Assembly (NCBI RefSeq): GCF_009914755.1
Contig: NC_060944.1
Origin: the human T2T-CHM13v2.0 reference genome, Homo sapiens
Strand: one strand, 5' to 3'
Length of the DNA stretch: 64,000 bases
In this document: positions 1-16,816 of the stretch, piece after piece
Numbering within the stretch: the stretch's first letter is position 1
How the letters are laid out: each line of letters opens with the position of its first letter
The notes under the pieces: model-generated
Database searches by the model: none
What the model was told of the DNA's origin: nothing
The model's input: only the letters and a program-made list of their open reading frames with translations
Program-made: the position numbers and the translations under genes

Positions 1-1029
1 TTTGTCTTTTACAATCCATAATATATTATTATTATTAAAATTCAACTATTGTGTGTAGCTGAATTTTACTTCTTTTCCCTGATACGTAGCTCATTCTTTG
101 AATATATCACAATTTATTTATCTATTTGCCTGTCAAAGAACATTTATGTTCCTTACAGTTTGTAGCTTACCTTTTTACTTTCTTTTGGGTATCTTTTGAT
201 GGACAGAAATTCTTATATTTTTACATACTCAAACTTATCAATGTTTTCAATATAATTTTCAATACAGTGCTCACATGAAGACTCAGGTTATATATACATA
301 AAATTTCAAGTGCACCCGTTTTCATAAAAGAAATGGAGTAAGTGAATTCCTCCACAGCTGTCACCATAAGTTCTCAGCATTTTAGTCTATTGAAATTCCT
401 CCACAGTGATGCTCCCCTTGACAATACATTTATTTATTAGCACTCATTTCATGCTTATCCTTCTATGAAGGGCCAGGTATAATAAATTCTTCAGTACCTA
501 AATAAACTAAAAATAATTCCAATATATAAACAATGCTCAAAGTCATCCCTTGTTTATAAGTATTTGAATAAACTAAAAATTATTTCTTCTATTTTCTTTG
601 GATCAGGATGGCAGCAAAAAAAAGGATATTTTTTTTCTTCGCTGAAGTTTTGGAAAGAAGGAATGCCTTTGTGTCAGGCTAGTATATGGCCTCCCACAGA
701 AACCCAAAACAGTAGCTACATCTGCTGGCCTCCTGGTAGATCCCAGAAAACTACCAAAAACTTTTACAGTCCTTGCTGCATTTGAATCACAGTGCCCCTG
801 TATGTCCCCTCCCACATCCAAACAGACAGGGGACTCCTCCCTGCTGCCTGGCATGCCTTCTCAGCAGGCCTCACATAGATAGGGAGAATAAGTGCTGCAG
901 GGAGCCCTCCTCAGAATGAAACTCAAACCTGATCTAATTCCGCCCCAGTCTGAAGGGATTGCCCTCTCCCAATCGCCCTGAATAGGAAGACCACTACGAA
1001 ATACTCAAAACTCTCTCAGAATCCACCAG

Positions 1030-1140
1030 AGCAATGGGCAAAATGCTGACACAGAGAGAGGTGCAGGAAGGTAGTCTCTCTCTCTCTCTCACTCTTTCCA
1101 TCCGGACAGAGACACACGGCTGCATCACCCAAAGCAAATG
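1030..1140 (+). pseudogene. Possible highly decayed beta-defensin exon-2 relic (DEFB115-like)
   Basis: CAG acceptor at 1027-1029, then phase-1 reading Q-W-A-K-C-*-H-R-E-R-C-R-K-V ... S-G-Q-R-H-T-(gc)-C-I. Resembles DEFB115 DGWIRRCYYGTGRCRKSC...CGEKHICCV as recalled. Speculative. Confidence 0.3.
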
Positions 1141-2399
1141 TCAGTACCTTTTTTAAGTTCCTTATTACCACGGTTTTTTGGGTAATACTTTGTATCGCCA
1201 TCAGACTTTGTATCGCCAACATCAATTTATTTTCACTTCTAATATTTCCTCATTGCTCAGTCTGATAGTCAGAAGAAATCTTCTTTTGAATTTCACCATT
1301 GTGTGTGACCCACTGAATGCCTGTGTGAAGGTCACTTTCCTTTCTGGGGCTCAGTTTCCCCATCTTCGTCTTCTTCACAAGACAATCTACAGGGTATAAC
1401 AGTGTTGGTGGGATTATTTTTTAAAAAGAAAACAAAAACACTGGCAGTGATTAGTTCCCATATGTAGAGAGAATTGAGGAGCAGCGCAAGAAAAAAGAGA
1501 GTCTGGATGAGGGAGACGAGAAGGACAGAAAGATGATTGTGTTGACTTTGAAATAGTGGAGGGATGTGAGAAACTACTCTCAGGGTATTCTTGTGGAAAT
1601 GCTCAGCTTCAAGAGGTGCCCTCTCTGATCATACCAGCCTTTTTCTTCCTCTAGCCAACTTCCAAATTCTAACATTTGAACCATTCAGTGCCTATGAAGT
1701 TCTCACCCAAGGAATTTGGGAAGTTATGGAGAAAGGCCTCTGGATATTTTCATTTGGAGGAGGGAACAGAATAAATTTTAATAGACCCCGATCTACCTGA
1801 TTACGTGGCTCCATTTAAGCCTAACACAGATTCAAGTTCCACACAACTACAGACCAATCCCAAGTTCTGATCACTCACACTTTTGTTCAAATTGAGCCTA
1901 AACTCTGTTTCCATCTTAACTCCAAACTCCAACCCTACTCTACCCAAGGTCTATCCATGTTTAACCCCAAGACAACCACAACCTAACTTTACTACCACTA
2001 GCTCCAGTTCAGCCCATCACCCTGCCTAATCCCTATATCCAGATTCATTTGGCCATAAATTTCACCCCCTCTCCAGACTACCTCATACCAATCCTAATTC
2101 CCCCAATACAACTCCTCACCTAGTATTTATCCCGAACCATCTTCCAAATATCTCCCTAACTGCAAGCTCCTCTTCCCACTGTTCAACAAAATTCATCCCT
2201 GGTGTCCAATATCTCTCAGAGATCCCTACCCCTCCTCAACTGGGACTCAATCTCTTGCCCTTAACCCTTCATCTAATTGCATATTGTATGAGTCACAGTT
2301 TTATCAGTTATCTTAACAGGGATTATTTAACATTTAAGTGTAATATTAGTGTTCATATTAATAAATTTAATATTAACTTTAATATAAAGATTTGTTATA

Positions 2400-2930
2400 T
2401 AGGCATTTAAGAATTGAAAAAAATAAAGAGGACACTCAGCTATCACAGATGTAGCAACTGCAGGAATCAGCTACCAATTCCAGGGTGGGAATAACAAGAA
2501 AAAAGGTTGGAACCATTAAAAATAAATTAGAAGCTTGGAGGAAGATACCTGCTGAGCTGAATTTCAGATCTCTGAGGAAGGAGCTCTGCTCAGCTAGAAC
2601 TAGTATCTATGAGGCATCATGAGGCTGGCTGTGTTGGAAAATTGCAAATTGGATTCAACTGTGCTAGAGGAATGCCCTCCCAGTGTTGGGGTGAAGAAGC
2701 AAGAATGAGTGATGCTGTTGGCAACAGGAAATAAATAGGAAGCCCTTAGGAAGTAAATAGGAAAGAGTTCTTCCCCCTCCAACTTTGAAATGTGCTCCTG
2801 GCACCGCCTATTGGCAGAGCTTAAGGAAACATTCTGCAAAGGAGAACCCCTGTTTGTAGTGTGCTAGCCTCAGCATTGCAAAGTAGAGCATAGACGGTTG
2901 GATGTGAAGCTGACAGACAACAGGCAATAG
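2400..2930. mobile_element. Ancient LTR-like relic (family uncertain)
   Basis: Motifs such as cagcattgcaaagtagagcatagacggttggatgtgaagctgacagacaa resemble old ERVL/Gypsy-type LTR ends; only loosely recognised. Confidence 0.3.
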
Positions 2931-3028
2931 CATATTAAGTGACAAACATATCAGCGCCAGCCTTGACTGACACATGCCCAAGTCTTCCACCCTTCCACCA
3001 CTGCAAAAGCAGCAACCTCTTAAATCCA

Positions 3029-3190
3029 CCTTGGCAGAAAGCCACAAAGAGATGCTAACATGAAATGGACATGGGGATAACTTCATCAAGCTGCCTGAAA
3101 CCAGGCTTCAGTTGCTGGCCACCCTACACAAGACCAGAATCCTAAAAAAAGACCAGAACTCCAGCACACTTGAGAGAGTCCTATATTATT
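3029..3190 (+). repeat. 162-bp direct repeat, copy 1 (copy 2 at 4664-4825)
   Basis: ccttggcag...gagtcctatattatt present twice, 4 mismatches by manual comparison. Confidence 0.95.
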
Positions 3191-4271
3191 TGAATTCCAT
3201 GAAGCAGATTGACAAAGATCAGGATATGAAACTCTGTGGCTGCAGGGTCCCAGGAGAAGTAGGTGACTGATTTATGAAGGATGCAAAATAATTTTTGCAG
3301 CAAGTCTGAACTCTGACTATATTAGCTCCTGAAGCATGGTGGGGTATTGGTCAGCAAAATATAGAGAGAGGCAATTTATCTGAAGTCAACATAACAGAGA
3401 TACAACATTTAATATATATTCCATCTAGACATTGGAATGGGAAAGTGAGATACTGGCCAGCATCCATAACAAAAGTGGGCTTTCTCTCCTGGTAAAAGAA
3501 AATCATTTGTCCTTTCAGAAAATGAGTAACAAAATAGCTAAAGCCCTCGCCTATTAATAATTACTTTAAAGTAAATGAACTAAACTTCCCAATCAAAAAG
3601 GGAGAGTATATGAATGGGTTAAAAAAAAAAAAAAAGAGTCAATGATATGCTGTCTACAAGAGACTCACTTTAGATTTGTGGGCACACATAGACTGAAAAT
3701 GAAGGGATGGAAAAAAAAAAATACTCCATGTAAAAGGTAACAAAAGAAAGCAAGGGTGCAAGGATGGCTATACTTATATCAGACAAAATAGACTTAAAGT
3801 CAAAACTATCTCTAGGGACAAAGAAAGTCATTATAATGATAAAAGGGTCTCTAGGGACAAAGAGAGTCATTTATAATGATAAAAGGGTTAATTCAATAGA
3901 ATGATATAACATTTATAAATATAAACCTACCCAACACCAGAGCACATAATTATATAAACCAAATGTAGACAGATCTGAAGGGAGAAACTGGCAACAATAC
4001 AATAATAGTAGGAGACTTCAATACCCCACTTTCAAAAATGGATGGAATATACAGACAGAAAAAATCAATAAACAGCTGACTTGAACAATATTATAGACCA
4101 AACGGACCTAACAGACATAGAACTTTCTATTCAATAGCAGAGGACTACACATTCTTCTCAAGTACACCTGAAACATTCTCCAGAATAAATCACATGCTAG
4201 GTCACAAAACAAGTCTTCAGAAATTTAAGAAGATTGAAATCATATCAACCATCTCTTAAAAAAAAATAGGT

Positions 4272-4825
<554 letters not shown>

Positions 4826-7322
4826 CATAATCAATGAATTGAAAAACTAACATAATCAATGAGGATAAACTGGAAGTTTTTTCTCTAAGATCTGGTACAA
4901 GGCTAGGAGGCCCACTCTTGCCATTTCTACCCAATACAGTATTAGAAGTCCTAGTCAGAGCAATTAGACAAGACAAAGAAATAAAAGGCATCCAAATTTA
5001 AAAGGAAGAAGTAAAATTATCTCTGTTTCCAGATGACATGATCATATATATAGTAAACCATAAAGACTCAACAAAAAAACCCTGTTAGAACTAAGAAACT
5101 AATTCAGTAAAATCGCAGGATAAAAATCAACATACAAAAATCAGTGGCATTTCTATGCACAAACAATCTGAAAAGGAAATTAAGACAACAGTTATATTTA
5201 CAATGGCAACAAAAAGCATAAAATACTTAAGAATAAGCCTAATCAAAGAGGAGAAAGGCTCGTACAGTGAAAATTATAAAACGTTGCTGAAGGAAATTAA
5301 AGAAGGTACAGGTAAATGAAAAGACCTCATGTTCATGGACGGGAAGAATTAATATTGTTAAAATGTTCATACTACCCAAAGTGATCTAGAGAGTCAATGC
5401 AATCCTTATCAAAATTCCAGTGCCATTTTTCACAGAAACAAACAAAAACACTAAAATTCATGTGGAATTACAAAAGACCCCAAAAAGAACAAATCCATCA
5501 CACTTTCTGTTTTCAAAATATATTACAAATCTACAGTAAATGAAACAGCATGGTACTCACATAAAAACAGACAGATAGACTAACAGAACAGAATAGAGAT
5601 TCTAGAAACAATTCTACACATTCAGTCACCTAGTCTTCAACAAGGATGCCAAAAACATACCCTTGGGTAATGGGTATTTTCTTCAACCTATAGTGTTGTC
5701 ACCCTCATAGAGGCAGAGCGTACAATGGTGGTTGCCACGGTGGGGGAAGGGGAAAATGGGGAGATATTTGTCACAGGGTACCAAGTTTCAATTATGCAAA
5801 GTAAGTTCTGAAGATAATATGCAGTATAGCGATTACAGTTAGTAATATATACGTGATATTTGCTAGTACATGGTAAGTGTTCTCACCACAAAAAAAAAGG
5901 AAAAAAATAGCAACTATGTGAGGTAATGGATATTTTAATTAGCTTGATTGTGGTGATCAATTCACAATGTATACATATATCAAAACAATTGTACAATGTA
6001 AACATATAAATTTTTATTTGTCAATTATACCTGAACAAAGCTAAAAAAAAAAAATTTGTTATCATCCCTCACAAAAAAACCATTAGTCCTTTTGTGTAAG
6101 ACACAAATAATAATGAAAAGCGTTTTTTAAGAAACCCTTTAAAATAATAAATTGTCCTTCCCTCCTGTTGTGTAAGAGCTATGGAGCACTTATGCATTCA
6201 GCCTTGTGCTAAGCACCATAGGAACAAAGAAGAAAGCAAAGAGATGAGAATAAAAATTGAGGGTAGCAGGAAGAGAGGGAAGATGACAAAAGCAACTACT
6301 TTGTGTCAGGCTCTGTCCTAAACCCAACGTGGGCAGTAAGTACAGATATAGATACAAAAATGGAAGTTCCAAGAGAGGTGTTAACCTTCCCAAGCTCATG
6401 CAGCTCCTGAGAACAAGGATGGGAATGCAGATTTATCTGAAGTCTTGAACAAAGTACATTTTCTTCACAGAGTCAGGGTAGGATGGAGGACAGTAGAAGA
6501 AATATTTATAAAATAATAATGTATCAATATTTTCTTAATACTCATTATTAATTTAAATGTGTCCAATGTTGGTTTAGATAAGAAACCTCTGGGGTCATCA
6601 TACTTGTTTGTTCTGTTTTTATGGGAGAAGTGGGAAGATCCAGTGATTGCCATCTGGTTTTTTATCTTTGAGAAAAGATAAAATATGGCAAATATAATAA
6701 ATAGGACAACCAAGTGGAATTACAGACCTCAAGAAGGTTAAGGTTAACTTCACAGGGCAGAGCAACAAACTTTGAAGTCTGGGTATTTTACAAAACTTCT
6801 TTGTTAGCATGAATCTTCAAAAGAATAGTTTTATCAACCTGAATATTACCTGCTTTCCTCACAAACTGCATGGGAGCGGGGAACATTTTCTCCTTGTTGA
6901 AATTTACTTCACCAACAGTGAGTAGAATTTATAGTTTCAAGGACAGGTGCTGGAATCTCAGTGATCACTAAGAGGGGGACGGAGATGCAAGTTTAAAGCT
7001 TACAATATAGAAAAAGACAAAAGAGAGTTTTTAATAAACAAAATATGAGCATGTCATGTTTTACATTGATGGTGCCCCTCTCTGTTGCCACTCAGTGGCA
7101 CTTTACTTAGACTTGAATTTGTAGAAGATATTTTAGCTCCTTTTTTTCAGATTTATTTTTCCAGTATGCATTACTCCTTAATATACATGTAAGAACTTTT
7201 AATTTTCATTAGTAAAGGTTGCAAATTATGCAGCATTCTATAAGTGTCACTGCTAAATTTGAATGGTTTCTTCCAGCTCCATTACAATACTGTATATTTT
7301 AAAGGCAAGAAAACAGAAGTGA

Positions 7323-7632
<310 letters not shown>

Positions 7633-8169
7633 GATGTCTCCAAATATTCAGAATCCTTCTATATATACTTTCCATTTGCCAAACCTCTTCCATCAGGGCC
7701 CATTCACATTCGTCTTTTCATCCTTCACATTCCCTTTTCTACATTCAAGTCTTTCTGAAAACTTCTTTGCCTCTTAATCAGATAACTCTCACTGCCGATT
7801 TCTCATTTATATGCAACTTTGTACAAGAGATTGGTTCAATCAATTTATGTCAAGTCTTTGTTCTCCTGAAAGACACCCAATTTGGATAAGGATTTGTAAA
7901 TTGGGGCTTCAAAGCCACCATCATCTGCAAGACTCAGTCCAGCCAATAAATTATAACTTAATAAATCATTGCATGCATTCAAAAAAGAAAATAATAGAGC
8001 TTAATCTTTGAAAATCCATATCTGTCCTTAGTCTTCTTTCAGTCTCATGGACAGCACAAGTCTTGGCCACTCTAGCTACCCACGGTTTTTTCAGAGTGTC
8101 CACTAGATTTAAGCAGTCAACAATAAGATGTTTCCAGAAAGGTCACACAAACTATACATATCAAAATAT

Positions 8170-8766
<597 letters not shown>

Positions 8767-8816
8767 AACTCCTGCAAGAATGTTTCAGTCATTCAGAAGA
8801 TCAAAAGAAGGTTTTA

Positions 8817-9093
8817 GGCCAGGTGTGGTGACTTACACCTGTAATCCTAGCACTTTATTAGAGAGAGATGGGAGGATTGCTTAAGGCCGGAAGTTTGAGA
8901 CGGGCCTGGGCAATCTGGCAAGACTCCATCTTTACAAAAAAATTAAAAATTAGCCAGGCATAGTGGTATACATCTGTAATCCCAGGTACTTGGGAGACTA
9001 AGATGGGAGGATTTCTCGAGTGCAGGAGTCCACGGCTGCAGTAAGCTACAATTGTGCCAGTCCAGCTTGGGCAATGAAAGGAGACCCTCTCTC
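8817..9093 (+). mobile_element. AluJ
   Basis: Diverged dimer with J-type ggaggattgctt motifs. Confidence 0.85.
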
Positions 9094-9558
9094 TAAGGAA
9101 AGGAAGAAGAAGGAGAAGGAGAAGGAAGAAGGAAGAAGAAGAAGGAGCAAGAGGGGAAGGGCAGGGGGAGGGGGAGAAGGAGAGAAGAAGGAGAAGAAGG
9201 ACAGGAAGGAGAGGAAGAAGGAGAGAAGGAGAAGAAGGAGAGAAGAAGGGAGAAGAAGGAGAGAAGAAGGAGAGAAGAAGGAGAGCAGAAGGAGAGCAGA
9301 AGGAGAAGAAGAAGGAGAGAAGGAGAAGAAGAAGAGAAGAAGAAGAGAGAGAAGAAGAAGAAGAGAGAGAAGAAGGAGAGAAGAAGAAGGAGAGAAGAAG
9401 GAGAGAAGAAGGAGAGGAGGAGGAGCAGGATGAGGAGGAGCAGGAGGAGGAGGAGCAGGAGGAGGAGGAGCAGGAGAAGGAGGAGCAGGAGAAGGAGGAG
9501 GGGGAGAAGAAGAAGGAGAAGAAGAAGGAGGAGAAGGAGGAGAAGAAGAAGAAGAAGC
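9094..9558 (+). repeat. Polypurine (GAA/GGA/GGAGAA)n tract at Alu tail position
   Basis: About 465 bp almost purely G/A on the + strand. Confidence 0.95.
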
Positions 9559-11075
9559 TTCGAACTTTTCACAGAAATGTGCTCAAGGCCCAAAGACAAT
9601 GGAAAAGAACAAGATGATCAAGAATGGCAAAAATGGAGCAGAAAGAGGAAGGAATAGCCAGGGAACTGAGGAGAGGTAAAAGAAGTCCTCTGAAACAGGG
9701 CTGTGGTATACATTCCTGAGATGCCTCACTTTTCTGGGTGTTTGGCCAAACTCATTTGGCTGAACTACATGGTAGAATCTTGTTAGTTGGCAATGGATTC
9801 ACCAATGCTGAGCCTACGGAATATGGCAGGGGAACTCACAACCTTCATGTACAGCTGCCATCAGTTCCACAGGATAATCAGGGGAATTCAGAGCACCCTT
9901 CTTAAAGTTGTAAGTTTCACCAGAAACAATATGGCATTATATTCTGCAAGTATGACATTTTTAGTGCAATCCAGGGTATGATGAGGATTAATATAATGCT
10001 GTTGTTGACAACCTCACAAGCCAGGAACACTGGCAACTATATAAAAGGCAGGTACCTCTGTATTTTCCTACCATGGTGATGAAACAGAGAAGCACCAATC
10101 CTGCAAGGTTGAACCAGTATCAATCTATTCAAATGTTATGCATATTGTCCCAAGGGAAAGTCCTGGGAATTTCTCCCTTGGTGCCGTGTGGTATGTGAGC
10201 AAGCATTTTAAAACATTTAGGTCTTTTACATATAAATAAGATAGTTGAATGGATTTATTGATGTTGTGTCTTTGGGATCTCATACTCAAAAGCATAGCAA
10301 AAATACCTAGACACAATCTTATCATTTCAGTTTTAATCTTTTAAAGTGAACATTCTTTACCTTACAATTGAGGTCCAATGGCCAATCTGTAAAGTTCTGT
10401 AGAAAACTATAGCAACTATCAAACCACAAGATTTTGCTTAGTGTCAGCACTATTGACTTATTCTTTGAAGGAAAGGAAAAAATTTACATTTTTTCTCAAA
10501 CTTCCCATGTTGTGAGATATGTCCCATATAAGGACTTATTTCCTGATTGGAAAATGAACACGTTATTGGCAGAAATAGGTTGTGTATTTATGGGAAGAAG
10601 ATGAAGAAGAAGAATCTAATTTTTAGGAACAAACCAGTGAAGTCCAAAGCAAGATCAACCAGAAAGTTGAATGCTCTCTCATTGGAAATTTTCAGTAATT
10701 GTTTCAATGTGGAATTCACTGTAGCAGTGTAGAAGTTACTTGAAAACTCTGGTATTTTAGGGGCGAGATCAATGGCAGAGTGGGTCTTCAGCTGTTCAGG
10801 TAATTTTAAGACATTGTTAAGAAGTGGGTCATTTGTCTCTGTGCCTAAAAAAAGAACACGAATTAAGAACAAGATGTTAAACGGGAGCCAAGATGGCCAA
10901 ATAGGAACAGCTCCGGTCTACAGCTCCCAGCATGAGCAATGCAGAAGATGGCTGATTTCTGCATTTCCATCTGAGGTACCGGGTTCATCTCACTAGGGAG
11001 TGCCAGACGGTGGGTGCAGGACAGTGGATGCAGCGCACCATGCGCAAGCCAAAGCATGGTGAGGCATTGCCTCAC

Positions 11076-11330
11076 TCAGGAAGTGCAAGGGGTCAGGGAG
11101 TTCCCTTTCCTAGTCAGAGAAAGGGGTGACAGACGGCACCTGGAAAATCGGGTCACTCCCACCCGAATACTGCGCTTTTCCAATGGGCTTAAAAAATGGC
11201 ACACCAGGAGATTATATCCGACACCTGGCTCAGAGGGTCCTACGCCCACGGAGTCTCGCTGATTGCTAGCACAGCAGTCTGAGATCAAACTGTAAGGCGG
11301 CAGTGAGGCTGGGGGAGGGGTGCCCGCCAT
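11076..11330 (-). CDS. L1 antisense ORF0, open, 84 aa (MAGTPPPASLPPYSLISDCCASNQRDSVGVGPSEPG...)
   Basis: Matches the recalled primate L1 ORF0 N-terminus; ATG at 11330, no internal stop. Confidence 0.7.
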   Translation of the reverse strand: MAGTPPPASLPPYSLISDCCASNQRDSVGVGPSEPGVGYNLLVCHFLSPLEKRSIRVGVTRFSRCRLSPLSLTRKGNSLTPCTS

Positions 11331-11907
11331 TGCCCAGGCTTGCTTAGGTAAACAAAGCAGCCGGGAAGCTCGAACTGGGTGGAGCCCACCACAGCTCAAG
11401 GAGGCCTGCCTGCCTCTATAGGCTCCACCTCTGGGGGCAGGGCACAGATGAAAAGACAGCAGTAACCTCTTCAGACTTAAATGTCCCTGTCTGACAGCTT
11501 TGAAGAGAGCAGCGGTTCTCCCAGCACACAGCTGGAGATCTGAGAATAGGCAGACTGCCTCCTCAAGTGGGTCCCTGACCCCTGACCCCCGAGCAGCCTA
11601 ACTGGGAGGCACCCCCCAGTAGGGGCAGACTGACACCTCACACCACCGGGTACTCCTCTGAGACAAAACTTCCAGAGGAATGATCAGACAGCAGCATTCG
11701 AGGTTCACGAAAATCCACTGTTCTGCAGCCACCGCTGCTGGAACCCAGGCAAACAGGGTCTGGAGTGGACCTCTAGCAAACTCCAACAGACCTGCAGCTG
11801 AGGGTCCTGTCTGTTAGAAGGAAAACTAACAAACAGAAAGGACATCCACCAAAAACCCATCTGTACATCACCATCATCAAAGACCAAAAGTAGATAAAAC
11901 CACAAAG

Positions 11908-12924
11908 ATGGGGAAAAAACAGAGCAGAAAAACTGGAAACTCTAAAAAGCAGAGCGCCTCTCCTCCTCCAAAGGAACACAGTTCCTCACCAGCAACAGAA
12001 CAAAGCTGGACGGAGAATGACTTTGACGAGTTGAGAGAAGAAGGCTTCAGACGATCAAACTACTCCGAGCTACAGGAGGAAATTCAAACCAAAGGCAAAC
12101 AAGTTGAAAACTTTGAAAAAAATTTAGACGAATGTATAACTAGAATAACCAATACAGAGAAGTGCCTAAAGGAGCTGATGGAGCTGAAAGGCAAGGCTCG
12201 AGAACTATGTGAAGAATGTAGAAGCCTCAGGAGCCGATGCGATCAACTGGAAGAGAGGGTATCAGTGATAAAAGATGAAATTAATGAAATGAAGCGAGAA
12301 GGGAAGTTTAGAGAAAAAAGAATAAAAAGAAACGAACAAAGCCTCCAAGAAATATGGGACTATGTGAAAAGACCAAATCTACGTCTGACTGGTGTACCTG
12401 AAAGTGATGGGGAGAATGGAACCAAGTTGGAAAACACTCTGCAGGATATTATCCAGGAGAACTTCCCCAATCTAGCAAGGCAGGCCAACATTCAGAATCA
12501 GGAAATACAGAGAATGCCACAAAGATACTCCTCGAGAAGAGCAACTCCAAGACACATAATTGTCAGATTCACCAAAGTTGAAATGAAGGAAAAAATGTTA
12601 AGGGCAGCCAGAGAGAAAGGTCGGGTTACCCACAAAGTGAAGCCCATCAGACTAACAGCGGATCTCTCGGCAGAAACTCTACAAGCCAGAAGAGAGTGGG
12701 GGCCAATATTCAACATGCTTAAAGAAAAGAATTTTGAATCCAGAATTTCATATCCAGCCAAACTAAGCTTCATAAGTGAAGGAGAAATAAAATACTTTAC
12801 AGACAAGCAAATGCTGAGAGATTTTGTCACCACCAGGCCTGCCCTAAAAGAGCTCCTGAAGGAAGCACTAAACATGGAAAGGAACAACTGGTACCAGCCA
12901 CTGCAAAATCATGCCAAATTGTAA
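11908..12924 (+). CDS. L1 ORF1p, intact 338 aa
   Basis: MGKKQSRKTGNSK...; coiled coil, RRM and CTD motifs REKG, ARR, YPAKLS present. Confidence 0.95.
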   Translation: MGKKQSRKTGNSKKQSASPPPKEHSSSPATEQSWTENDFDELREEGFRRSNYSELQEEIQTKGKQVENFEKNLDECITRITNTEKCLKELMELKGKARELCEECRSLRSRCDQLEERVSVIKDEINEMKREGKFREKRIKRNEQSLQEIWDYVKRPNLRLTGVPESDGENGTKLENTLQDIIQENFPNLARQANIQNQEIQRMPQRYSSRRATPRHIIVRFTKVEMKEKMLRAAREKGRVTHKVKPIRLTADLSAETLQARREWGPIFNMLKEKNFESRISYPAKLSFISEGEIKYFTDKQMLRDFVTTRPALKELLKEALNMERNNWYQPLQNHAKL

Positions 12925-12987
12925 AGACCATCGAGGCTAGGAAGAAACTGCATCAACTAACGAGCAAAATAACCAGCTAACATCATA

Positions 12988-16816
<3,829 letters not shown>

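Noticed and set aside
564-854. ORFs with CCI end (+) and C...QGHC (-), superficially defensin-like
   Set aside because: Cys spacing does not fit the beta-defensin motif and I saw no supporting splice context
1840-2280. C/A-rich stretch with scattered CCCTAA-like words
   Set aside because: No sustained hexamer periodicity; treated as low-complexity sequence
9020-9657. Long poly-Arg/Glu and poly-Leu/Ser ORFs
   Set aside because: Artefacts of the purine tract, which lacks stop codons
9690-10860. Unique-looking sequence continuing after the L1 (17050-17900)
   Set aside because: Could not assign any gene or repeat family by eye; may be an ancient repeat interior
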